Part shown: one piece after another, positions 23,250 to 34,800 of the stretch
How positions within the stretch are numbered: the first letter of the stretch is position 1
Layout of the letters: every line of letters starts with the position of its first letter
NCBI GenBank assembly: GCA_047495785.1
Contig: JBLDXI010000026.1
Location: 992,001-1,056,000 of the forward strand
Reading direction: 5' to 3'
DNA length: 64,000 nt
Source of the DNA: Lepidodermella squamata
Lineage: Eukaryota > Animalia > Gastrotricha
Notes under the pieces: generated by a model
Database searches by the model: none
Seen by the model: only the letters and a program-made list of their open reading frames with translations
Told to the model about the DNA's origin: nothing
Program-made: the position numbers and the translations under genes

Positions 23250-25802
23250 TTATTTCGTGGCCATGGTTTGTTTAATCCAGGATAAGACGCTGCAGACGCG
23301 GGCGAAAACCGAAGGAGCACCGCCTAGACCGCAACGGGACGCTCCCCATGAAACAACGCCGATAACTCTGGTTCTGCCCTCGGATTTGCAGAGTAACGGT
23401 CCTCCGCTGTCTCCAGTACAAGTCGATGGGCTTCCATTGCCCACGCAAAGTTGAGCGTCTGATAACCCACCGGAGTAAGCCCTGTTGCAAGCTGTACGGC
23501 TATTGATGTTCAGTTCAGCCATTTTGAGTACGGGGGATGAGGTATTAGCTAAGATTTAAAATTCAAAAATTGGATGAAACTTGAAGAGGTAGAGACTTAC
23601 ATTCCGTTCTACCCCAACCTGCAACTACAACATTCTCGCAGCCATCAATCGAGGTTGAGGTCGAAGATACGCTGCTTTGGCAGTTTGTTTCATCAGGCAG
23701 ACAAACCGGGTGAATCGCTTCATTTAAATTAACGACTGAACTGAGTTTGATCAGCGCAAAGTCGTAGTTCCAGTTACGGCTCTGGTCGTAGTTTGGGTGT
23801 CGAAAAACCTGTGTTGACCTCTTCTCATCGCCGCCTTCATCGCGCGCTGAAAGGTCGTAGCGACCTAGAAGAGCTTTCACCCATTCAATTCTGGCACCTC
23901 TTTCGTCATCCGTTATGCAGTGGGCGGCGGTTAGTAACCACTGGTTGGATATCAAGGCTGCTCCACATCCCGACAGCGAGCTTGCCCCGGAGAATTTCGT
24001 GTAGATTTTGACAACCCACGGGAATTCGCCCGGAGTTGCAAATGACCCACCGAAAATCGTGCGAGGAATATGGACAACACCACATTGGCTTGAATTCCAG
24101 GATGATGTCGGGGTTACCGTTGTTTGACCAGGCTGCCGAGTGGTTGGTCTCATTCTAGCCGCTGTTCGCGATCTAGTCGTAGTGGCTTGACAGTTTGTCT
24201 CGTCCGACCCATCGGGGCAGTCCTCTTGAAAGATCCAAGTTAAAAAGGAACTTGTGAATACAAATTTAACAAACCCTCCCCGTCGCAAACCCAAGGGCTA
24301 AGAGAACAGAAGAGTTTCAGAATGTAAAGAGAATGCACTTCAGAGATTAAACCTTTGTATGCATTTGCCACTGGACCGGCAACGAAATCCATTGCAAATT
24401 GGAGGCTGCATGGGGAAAATGAATTGGTCATCTACAGCGCGGTTGAAAATGTAACCTGACGGGCCTCGGCCGCGCAACCTATTTCGTCAGAGTTGTCTCC
24501 GCAATCGTTTTCTGAATCGCATCTAAGTAATTTTTTAAGAATTGCCGGGAAAAAATCAAAACTTTAATCCTCACCTGTATAGTATCGATACGCATTTCGA
24601 ATTCGCGCATTGGAATTCAAAATTTGAGCATCGATTTGCTGCCCTTGAGGGTAGCTAAAATTACTCAAAAGTTATTCATATAATCATAAGTATAAGCGAA
24701 TTAAATACCGTAGTTACTGCTCTCAAGGTCGTGCTTGCGATCGACGTAGTAAGGGTGCAGTTTTCCTCTTCGCTACTGTCGCCGCAATCGTCCTTCCGAT
24801 CGCATACGTTCGTAGAATTTATGCACTTACCATTCGCGCAAGTGAAACCTCTGCAAATCGGCGCTCTCTTTGTTGTTGCTGCTGTTGTGGTTGTTACCTA
24901 GATAAGCAAATCATAATACCAATAGTCGAAGGTTTAATTGTCTTACAAAAACTCGTTCAAAACATCCAATTTCATCGCTAGCATCATCGCAGTCAGAATC
25001 GTAGTCACATCTATAAAGAAAAAGGTTATCTCGGTCTCAAAGGCTTATTTAAAAGACGAAACACATATTGCCGGTCGATGCATTGTTTGCTCACTAAACA
25101 AGGAAACTTGTCGGATCCACATTTCTAAGAAACAGACACGAATTAGTTGATACTTCAGTCAAGAAATTACTTGCGTTCAACTCAGCAGATCCGCATTTAA
25201 ATTCGTCACTGCCATCACCTGGGCGTGGAAATGATTGACGAAATGGAACTTTCAGGAATTTTCATACCACAGTCATCATCGCCGTCGCATCTAATTATCG
25301 GAATGTCAGGGTATAATGCTTTTTTAAGTCGATTCTTGCTAACCTGAACGCGCCAGATATGCATTTTTTGTTGGCGCAAACAAACCCGGAACATGCTGAA
25401 AAAGCTTCAACTGGAGCCTTTAAAATTAAACACGGTAGCTGTGTATCATAGGAGCAGAGCAAAGTCTACCATTTCTTGGATAGATTCGGATTTACATATC
25501 TCGAATGGCGGTAGCCAGATGTTATTCCGATAGCAAACAGCTCCTCGAGGTTGGTAATCCGTTGGACATTTTATCGTGACAATCGTCCCAGAAACAACTT
25601 TGTTACCTGCAGAGAGCTTTTCGCCCGAAATCGAGCTGAAAACTGCATTTTCTATCACCGGAATACGGCAAGTGTTTGCTGAGGCCGTTAATGCATAAAT
25701 AATCTGCGAAGCAAAAGCTGAAGATTCATAGAACTCAGTAAACTCCCTGGCACACACCTGTTTTACAGCAATTACGAGTAGAAAGGAATTGTCAAATTTC
25801 AT
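23250..25802 (-). CDS. Secreted modular S1 serine protease: Sushi/CCP, 5 LDLa repeats, Thr-rich linker, protease domain
   Basis: Catalytic triad in TAAHC / YDFALIKL / GDSGGPL. N-terminal C..P.I.N....C...Y.....C....W......C Sushi pattern and five LDLa modules. Paralog of 20388-22988. Confidence 0.88.
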
Positions 25803-26211
25803 AGATAACAATCAACTTTCAGATACTGGAGAGAACGTTCTATTCAAGTGGTGATAATTTGAATTCAATTGTGTTCTCGCCAGGCGTGGTGAAAGTAGTA
25901 GCGTGGTCTTATAAAGATTAGTATTCATCAGTTTACTCAAGCGAGAATTATGCATCACAATGCTGCGTGGTAAAACCTGGACGTAGAAAATAAAACAGGA
26001 AACGGCAGTCTATCTTCTTTGAAAGCGGATAATCTAGAGCACTGGAAAACTTCCTTTTCAAGACGGTCTGTAAATATTCGAAAAATTAAAAACCATAATT
26101 AGCATTCCCACCAAAACTGAGAAATATTAGACAAATTGAGCGTGTAATTCGTTACACCTAATTCAAACTACAATCCTCCGCAGGACATCTTTCACTTTAT
26201 TTCATCCATGA

Positions 26212-27458
26212 TCAATTTTGAGTCCCACATGTTCTACTACTACTGTCTGTCTTAATATCGTCGAAAAAACTCGTGGATTCTTCACTCGATTTAGTATTAG
26301 GCGAAACAACGTTGATGCTGCTTTCCAAGAGAACGCTGTCAAGTCTTTTCTGGAAGTGGCTGGCTGATAAATGGGATTCGAAGCTTGACGTACTGGGTCT
26401 CCTCATCACTCCTCGGTTCTTCGTGAACTTTCGGAAGAGGGTCCGCCGAAACAGCCTGTTTCCAATAAAGTAGATGAAGAAATTGAGGCTGTACTCGATT
26501 GAGAGGAGAATCACAACACCGGATGTTGCATTTCGCATTAAGGACTCATCGACGACGAAAAACCTGTCCCATATGAGCATTCGGCTGATAGGACTTATCA
26601 TAGTCATCTATTAACATGAGCGAATTTGTAAATATGTTCAACAAATTTTTAGTTTCTTACCGGTATCTCTCCTAAAACAGTAGCACAAGTCGCAGGGATC
26701 AAAGTTAGAGTAAGGTAATGCTGGTGTCGATTAGCGCAATTTTTAGGCAATGGAATGCCCATTTTCCGATGAAAGGAGTCGCGGTGAACAGCAGCGATGA
26801 GTAACGCGTTGAAAACAATCAAAACCAGCAATATTCCAACGTTGTAAATCATGAAGCGGATCAATGAATAGTAGAATAAATAGTCTTCCAAACCGATATA
26901 ATCCTCGCTTTCGTTGCATCTTAACGAAGGCTGGAGGACGAACATTGCCATTCGCGGGAGATTTACCACAGTTACTAATGCCATTATGACGTAGCAGTAG
27001 TAACGGGCTCTCTTTCTTTGCTCGAATAGCGCTACAATGTCGCTTTGCGAGGCTTTGTTCGTTGTAATGAAGATATAGCGTTCGACAGTGTACGCTACTG
27101 TAAAAATGACGGACTGGGTCCTGCCCCAACACGCCAGCGGCCATGCAAAGTATGCTGATATAGGCTGGGTCCATTCTGGGTAGTTGGCTAGGTGCCAATT
27201 TAGGATTGTGAAAGACAATTGACCGGTCAAGTTGACTATTTGAATTGCGGCAAGAAAGGTCAAAAATACGTAAGTTGGGGATCTGAAAGTCCGTGAATCT
27301 TTCAAGATGACGAAGTTCAGCGCATTCCCGATGATGCCGAGGGTACTCATAATCGGGACTCCATACAGAACCAGAAAAATTAGGAAAGGACAGTCGGTTT
27401 TAGCCTCGTCCGGGCAGAAACTTGCCGTCTTACTGGATATATTCGTCAGAAAGCCCAT
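26212..27458 (-). CDS. Class A GPCR, paralog of 19113-20262 (2 exons)
   Basis: IIGN, PTYVFLTFLA, VERY, VNLPR, GEIP|intron and NFFIY.IGN.LFR motifs. Confidence 0.88.
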
Positions 27459-28346
27459 TAATTATAAAAAATTGAAAGAAAATCTATTAAAAAGACGACA
27501 ATTTAATAGAAAAATTTGCTCTTTTTTTGGCAAGGTCATCGGCTAATTATTTCTAAAATTCCAGGGAAAATTGCTGATCAAGTGCTGCTCTGACGCATTT
27601 ACAAAGTGGTTTTACGCAGTCTTCTTATCGTTATCGGATCAAAAAACTTGAGACTATAGGTTTTGTTCCTGTCAGAGGACAATGTTGTTAACTGCATGCA
27701 TTCTCAAGAGGGAGAGGAAGAAAAATAAATCGATGGGCCGAGTCTAACTGCTAGTTCCGCAGGAAATAATTTCAAAGTGTGAAGGAACGCTGACGAATTT
27801 CGGTGATTTTATTGTGCAATGGCGTTTAAAAAACCGGTCAAAAGGCCGAATGTATATCGATCAATGTGAATCTTGAACTTCGGATGCAGCTTTCATCGCT
27901 CTATTTCCGCATACAGCAGTTCTATTTTGACCATCGGGCGTGGTAATCCGCATCCTGATTGATCGACTTACAAGTTTGATTAGTGTCACACACGATTCAT
28001 GCGTCATGCATCAATAATCTTGACACGCATATACGCGCTGGCATAAGCAACGCGTACTTAAGGTCGCACCCGCTAATACTCGGTTATCTTCCGCCCCTTG
28101 AGACAACTTGTATTAAAATCAATTTGCGAAAATCCATCTCTCCCCCCGGATCATGGGCCGAAATTGCTTTTTGCTTTTCATGTGTTATCTGATCCCGCTG
28201 CTCAGAGACAAGTTTATCCCAGCTTGTATATCTAGGCTATCATGAATGATAAATGGGTGATAAGATTTAACTCATGAGCAATGGTAAAGAGAAACAAAGC
28301 GAAAAGAGCGATAACTTATTATTTACACTCACACTAAGTTTAAATC

Positions 28347-28684
28347 ATGCGTGTATTCTGGAATATTGTATGTCTCAGCATAATTTCAATCACCTTCTGC
28401 TATGGCCATGCATTATTTGGTGATCCAACAAACTCCCATCGACATTGGTGAGCCAGATTTTTAAAGCTTATAATCAAGGAAAACCAATGCGTTTTTCCAG
28501 CCCTTGCTCAGACTGCTATCAAGTTGGTCGGGTGTGCAACTTTGACAAGCTAACGCGAAACTACACCTGCCGATTTGGACTGTGCCCATGCTTTGTAACA
28601 GCGGGTGGAGTTAACATTCAAGCTCAGTTATCTTGCTATAAATTTTGCGTTCAAGATGGTACTGAAGATTCCTATCTATGTTGA
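28347..28684 (+). CDS. Small secreted cysteine-rich protein (94 aa, 10 Cys in the mature part)
   Basis: Exons 28347-28447 and 28501-28684 are joined by a 53-bp GTGAG..TTCCAG intron. Signal-peptide-like start MRVFWNIVCLSIISITFCYG; AATAAA follows the stop. Confidence 0.75.
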
Positions 28685-28765
28685 ATAATAATAATAAAAC
28701 GTCCGCCTTAATTTTTAAAAAAATGGAGTTTTTCTTTTTCATGTGGTTTATTTCGAACTATCAAA

Positions 28766-29456
28766 ATGCCTCACGTAACTGCTGATATGATGAGCCTATC
28801 GAGCTCTACTGATGGTGATGAAGAAGCAAAGCGAAAGGAAGGTGAAAAGTTTCGAATCTATTGCTTCATCGCCAAGTCGATTGATCTCCTTATAGCTAGC
28901 GGCTTAGCTGTTTTCGCAATCCTTATTTTGGTATCTGCTCCACGAGCTGATTCAAAGTCTCTGGATCACTCAGCGGATGAAGGCGGCTCGGGTGATGCTT
29001 TGAATGACATGCTCTTGGCTGTCTTCAGAATCGGAGCCGCTATAGCGATTACGTTCATTCTAGTCGACGTCATGGTCGCTGCTTTCGTTTCAATCTACAT
29101 CTGTTTGGTCGATGATTGCAAACTTTGGTATAAGGGTGAGTTCAGTTTCATTCCAGTCGCTCAATTTATGATAGCTTTTTTCAGCTGCTTATACTTCTGG
29201 TCTTACAACCCTGCTGACTTCTATCACCGGTTTCGTTTCAATGATCGCAGTGAGCATCAGATTCGCAGTTCACGGTGTTCACTATGGTTTGGCTTTCGGA
29301 TCGTCGGTCGCAACGTCTGTCTTCTTCCTATTCCGCATAATTGCGCTGGGTCTGTATTTCGCCATCACCGCGGCTATCAAAGCTCGGAACAAAAAGCGCC
29401 GATTGGCACGTCGGAGGGAAGAAATGCGAAGACTTGCAGGATTGATGAACAAATAA
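28766..29456 (+). CDS. Four-pass membrane protein of unknown family (2 exons)
   Basis: An intron (GTGAG ~29136 to TTCAG ~29184) joins ORF 28766 to the frame of ORF 29241-29456. Four hydrophobic segments and a basic C-tail. Confidence 0.7.
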
Positions 29457-29939
29457 ATGCTAGATTATTGTCACTCCATAGATTCATAAAAATGTATTGA
29501 ACTTCTGTTGTCAGATAACTTGATTCGTTGAACGTACAAACTCAACAGTTACTTCGTACAACAGCTTCGCCGAATAGGTGCAAAAACCCTTCAGCAGATG
29601 TGCATGAGAAGCTGGGCTGCTCAAAAACTGGGTTGCCAGCGTTTCATCGAATAATAAGATGGCGGGAGACTCGACGGTGTGTCCAAAGCATGTTTAATAG
29701 TATTTTACTAGGTATTTTTTTATCTGAATACAGTGAAATGGATCCAACTACTATGCGGTGCACGTGGTTTCATAAACAAATAGTAGTAATTATACGCAAG
29801 ACATGTATGCTAAAGCTGGAGCAAGTGACAACACTTGTATTATCTCAGATGAGTCAAACATTCAAGCGTGCCCAGCTGCGTACGGCGGCGGGGAAGCGTA
29901 GGGGATGGGAGAAATTTGCAGTCACGAAATCAGTTTTTT

Positions 29940-30545
29940 CAAGCAAACCTGTGTGTGGTTAAGACGCAGTTGCCGCACTACCCTCTAATTCGACTGGATA
30001 TGTGTCGTCCTAACTGGATCAACTCTGTCACACGCCAGCCTAAGTGGTGTCATTCCATGTCTTGGTGGTCAAAATGTTGCAAATAACACATTTTAGTATC
30101 CTTCATCCCCATTCCTATTACCTATAACCACAACGAAAGAGCTATAACCCTTCTAGGAATCTTTCCGAGGTTAAATTGCATTTCTGTAGTACATTTTATA
30201 GTGCATACATTGAACCAGCATTGTTCATTCTTGCTTTTAGCTCTTATGCCAACCATTATACAAGTTACCTGACTTCTCTAAGCATATATTTATTTAGGTT
30301 TGTATTATGAATGCGCGGCCACTGCAAAAATGATGCTCAACTGGCCAGTGATATGCTTCTACGCTATGCACGTTGCTGTCGCTGCGACGGCCCTGCTGTT
30401 CCCCATGTTCCACTATTTGTATACTGAGACCGCTAATTTGATGATATCTCAGCTTTCGGTGCCTTACGTTATTCTGAGCCTAATCGTCGTCAACAATGCG
30501 ATCAACAACTGCTTCTTCAAAGTGGAAAACCGCAATTACTTTTAA
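29940..30545 (+). CDS. Probable multi-exon membrane protein, 5' end unresolved
   Basis: Hydrophobic final exon (GLYYEC...ENRNYF) after a TTTAG acceptor, with candidate upstream exons. The frame is not fully resolved. Confidence 0.35.
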
Positions 30546-31868
30546 CCGCAGTTTTGATCTCACCTGAATGTTTTGCTTTATATTAATGTTTCAGCGTTTT
30601 TTTCGTAATAAAGCATATTACGGTTGAAGAAAGTTTGATCTCTAGTAAGTAACGCAGTCGATTTAAAACCAGAGGTCAGGGGATTGATCCCGCATCCTCA
30701 AGTATGGTGCGGTATGTCCGATCTTATGGTCAGAGGGATTTCGAAATATAAAATTGATAATCAACCACGCAACTTGACAAGAAAATGAATAGTCCGGGAA
30801 AAGCCAGGTAAAATGCCGAAAATTTGGACTACTGCGATTCCACAAAAAATGACGATCTCTTGATTACATGAGGTCAATAAACTTGATGATTGAGACAATG
30901 TGACACGCGCACATTGTTTCCTTTAGCTTCGGCGGTTCTGCGATCATTTTTTGCCTGTTCTTTCTGGTTCTTTTGTTTCTCTAGCTGTTTTGAAGTAGTC
31001 CCGATGAAACCATTTATCATCGGATTATTTCGGGCGTTCCTGAATCTGGCCCATTGTCGGGAAATGATCCAAGTAGCATTAATTAGGTAGTACACAAATT
31101 AGTCTTCAAAACGGTGTAACCTTAACTCGGGCACTTAGTGCGCTCATATTATCATCTTTTCGTCGAGTTACAAAAGCTGTCTCCGCGAAAGGTCATTTGT
31201 ACCCCCACGACATAAATAGCGCATGAAACTTTCCAGAAGAAAACACACATTTTTGCCGTTCTATTGTAGAAGCTGCTAGTAAACACACAACTTTTAGTAA
31301 TATTAATATCATTTTTGTAATTGAATCGTGCATGCAAATGCATCTATCTCATGAACCAGTTGGCTAGACACTTTATGGATTATACTGAGATTGTAAAGCG
31401 TAACGTTGTAGCATTATACAAAGCTTCATTATAAAGATTTTCATTTCTAGCAGCTTCTTTTAAAAAATCGAGCCTAGCACACGAACAGAGATGCGAAATT
31501 CGACGTTTAAATCGAATATTTTTTCATTCTTGAAATCTAAAAAGGTGAGACACACAATAAAATAAACAATTCACTGAGACTCGAGGTGTATCACTCGTCA
31601 AGATCAGATTCGAAAAGCAGCCATGCCGTCTAAAGCTAAAGACACTCCCCACTTTTACAACCGTTGCTATAATTCCTTGTTTTCTTTATTCAATCAGGAG
31701 CCATTACATTTCAATTAAGGCTGATTTTCGGATAGCCTTTCTCCTCAGCGACTATCGACCAATTTAGAACATTTTTTAAAGAGATGAAAAATAATTAATA
31801 AAAAAAATAAACTATTAAATATGAATTATTTTATTGGGTTATCTATCAATTTATTAATCACCGCGTTT

Positions 31869-34800
31869 TTATTGAGGAATTCCGAGTTTGACAAAAAGTC
31901 TAACAATATCATATTTGCTGTTGTCAAACGCCAGTCTGAGCGGCGTTTTGCCAATTTTGTCGCGAGCTCTTGGGTCAGCCCCTCGCGATATCAAAGTCTG
32001 GCACGCCATCAACTGGCCAGCCTGCGCCGCAACGTGTAAAACCGTGCGGCCGAACCTATTCGTTTTGATGCAAAGCAAATCCGGGCTATGGTCCAGCAAC
32101 ATGTGAATGACCAAGCTCTGCTTCCGCGACGGCTCATCGAGTCGCTTTTCCGGCGACTGGTTCAAAATTGTACTGCGTAGGATGTCTTCAGTCATCTCCC
32201 AACGGCCGGCTGTTACCGCGTCTTCGATAGTTTTCGAGCCTAGCCCCGTTTTGGCCTTGACTTCGGCCTCTCGCCATCGCCTTGCGTCGAGCAAGGAGGC
32301 CCCACTTTGGCCCTCGCGAACTGCGAGGTGCAGAGGCGTGTGACCGTATTCATCCTGGGCGAACGGGTTTGCCCTTCGATCGAGAAATAGCTGGACTACG
32401 TCAGGGTGTTGATGACGGGCGGCTAGATGAAGAGGCCGATAAAGCTGGAAAATGCACAAATTTAATCAAATTTCAAAATTTGAAAAAGTCTGTAAAAAAA
32501 TTTTGAAATTAAAAAAGAATAGTCAAATCAAATTTTGTTATCAAAACTGAAATTTTTCAAAACTTTGAATTTTAGAACTTGGAGACAAAATATTTTAATT
32601 TTAATTTCAAAATTTCATATTCTTGTTTTCAAAATTTTGAACTTTTAAACCAAAATTCGGTATTTGAATGGCAATTTTTGTAGCTACCTGTTTGTCATCT
32701 ATCGCTTCTTTATTAGCGGCGCGATTCATCAGCAACTCCGCAATTTCAAGCCGACCCCATTCCGCAGCCATCTAGAAATCGAAAATTAAAAATTTGCAAA
32801 ATAAAACCGAAGAATTATTTACATGGAGAGGCGTGCGGCCGTACTTTCCGCCTTTTCCATTAACATCAGCGCCTTTATCGATCAGGCATCGAACTGCTTC
32901 GTATTGATTGTTGATTACAGCCCCTGAGAAAAATTTTATAAAATTATAAAAAAATGAAATTTAATCGAGTTTACAGTGTAACGGTGTGCATTTTTGGTGG
33001 CAGTGAGACTCGATGCGAGCGCGATTTTGAACCAGCAAACCGATCACTTCAGTCTGACCGAACCAAGCAGCCAAGTGAAGCGCAGTAGCCCCGTTCTAAA
33101 CGAAACATGGAAAAATTAATCCAAGAAAAAAACCATCAGAAATCCCACCAAATTTAAAATCAATTAAAATTTTGATTTTTTGACATTTTTTGGCTATTCG
33201 GCAACATGCGATTTAGGTTTTCCCAAAATTAATTTCCGATTCTTCAACTATCACTCCAGAAATTATTTTCAAAATGATATCATACCTCTTCATCGATAGC
33301 TTGAATATCAGCCCGGCTGAGTAAAAGCTGAACGATTTCCGCGTAACCTTTAGAAGCCGCGTCATGAAGCGGGGTTCGACCAATGCGGCCGTCTTTAGCG
33401 CCCGTTTCAGCGCCTCTTGTCAGCAGAAACGCGACTGCTTTCGGCTGAGCCGCTAAACAGGCCCAGTGAAGCGGCGTATCGCCGGCCTGGTCCCGCGAGC
33501 TACGCTCGGCGCCGCATTTCAGTAACAACTCGAGAATAGCCAGTTGGCCGAACCAGGCCGAGAAATGAAGAGCCGTTGCGCCTAACTGCTCGTCACGCTC
33601 TTCCAACAGCGCCCCGTTTGACACCAAATATTCGACAGTGTGCATGTGGCCTCCTAAAAAATTAATTCAAACATTAACATTCATCAGATTCATCTCCGAT
33701 TATTTTAATATTTTTTGTAAATTTCTCTACATCGTAGACCGTAGAGGAGGTAATTTTTTAAAGGGTAACTTCGGACCCTTTCGGTTTTGCGTTAGATTCT
33801 CTTCTCATTGAATCGAGGTCGCGTCTTGGTTTTTTAATTGTTTTTCAAAATTTTCCACGCCTATTTTTTACTGTTTTATGAATATTTTTTCGAATTAATG
33901 GCTTTCTACTGTTTTCTTTATCGTGAAATAAGAAGGAAAAAGACTTGGACAACGCTCATTTGAACGAAACCGTTGCCCTGTAGTCGAAAATTAGCCTCGT
34001 CCTAGCCTCGTTAAGCTAACGTTATTAATTCCTCAATTATTGTTTAATAATTTTTGAGCTGGATCATTTTTTAAATAACTGGATTTAATTCTTAATTTGA
34101 AATAAAAAACTCCAGCCTAACATTTTTTAATTTGAATTTTTCTAAATGCATTGTTTTTGTGGACAAAATTTGCGATTTTTCGAACGCTGATTGCAACAAC
34201 GGTAATCTCCAGGTTGGCATGATTCTTTAGCCATTGTTGACGAAGTGCGCGATCGGCTATCGATAGAAATGCCTTCCAAGAAACAGCGAGTAATCCTTCA
34301 AACGAAGGCAACTTATCATTTTTCCGGCGGCTCTTATTTTTTATTTGAAATGCGTGCCATCATTAAAATGAAAGGCAGAAGAACAACATTGCTCTAAGAC
34401 TATCAGGGCTTCAAATGGATATCGATAAAGACATCGCAACAGTGGGAAAGGAAATATAAGGAAAATGGTTGGCAGAAACGGCAACATTTTCCATCGGCTC
34501 TCGGGATTGGAAGTATAACGAACTGTCAACAACTCGCCGAGATACGTCAGATAAAAGTGGAAGTCGCGGAGTTAAAGACAACGTCATGCAACGCAACGAC
34601 AAAATGATTTTTTATAAATTTACCGTTTTTCTAGCAAAATTATCGATGTCCAAGCTCAAGAAAGCGTGAAGGATCAACTGAAGTCGGTGTCCTTAATCTG
34701 AATGTTTTAATTTTTTCAAAGAGAATGGAAAAGTACATGGCCAAAAAGTTCCCCCACTGGGAAAACTAACACCTATTATCAACAACGGCATTCTTCCAGT

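Noticed and set aside
24590-24615. Apparent frameshift in a protease-2 LDLa exon
   Set aside because: Re-reading gives an intact [12 protein letters not shown] frame.
19113-27458. GPCRs as PAR-style tethered-ligand receptors for the adjacent proteases
   Set aside because: The N-termini are only ~25-30 aa with no signal peptide or evident cleavable extension.
30874-31343. Short minus-strand ORFs with a charged helix
   Set aside because: No consistent exon chain or recognisable domain could be built.
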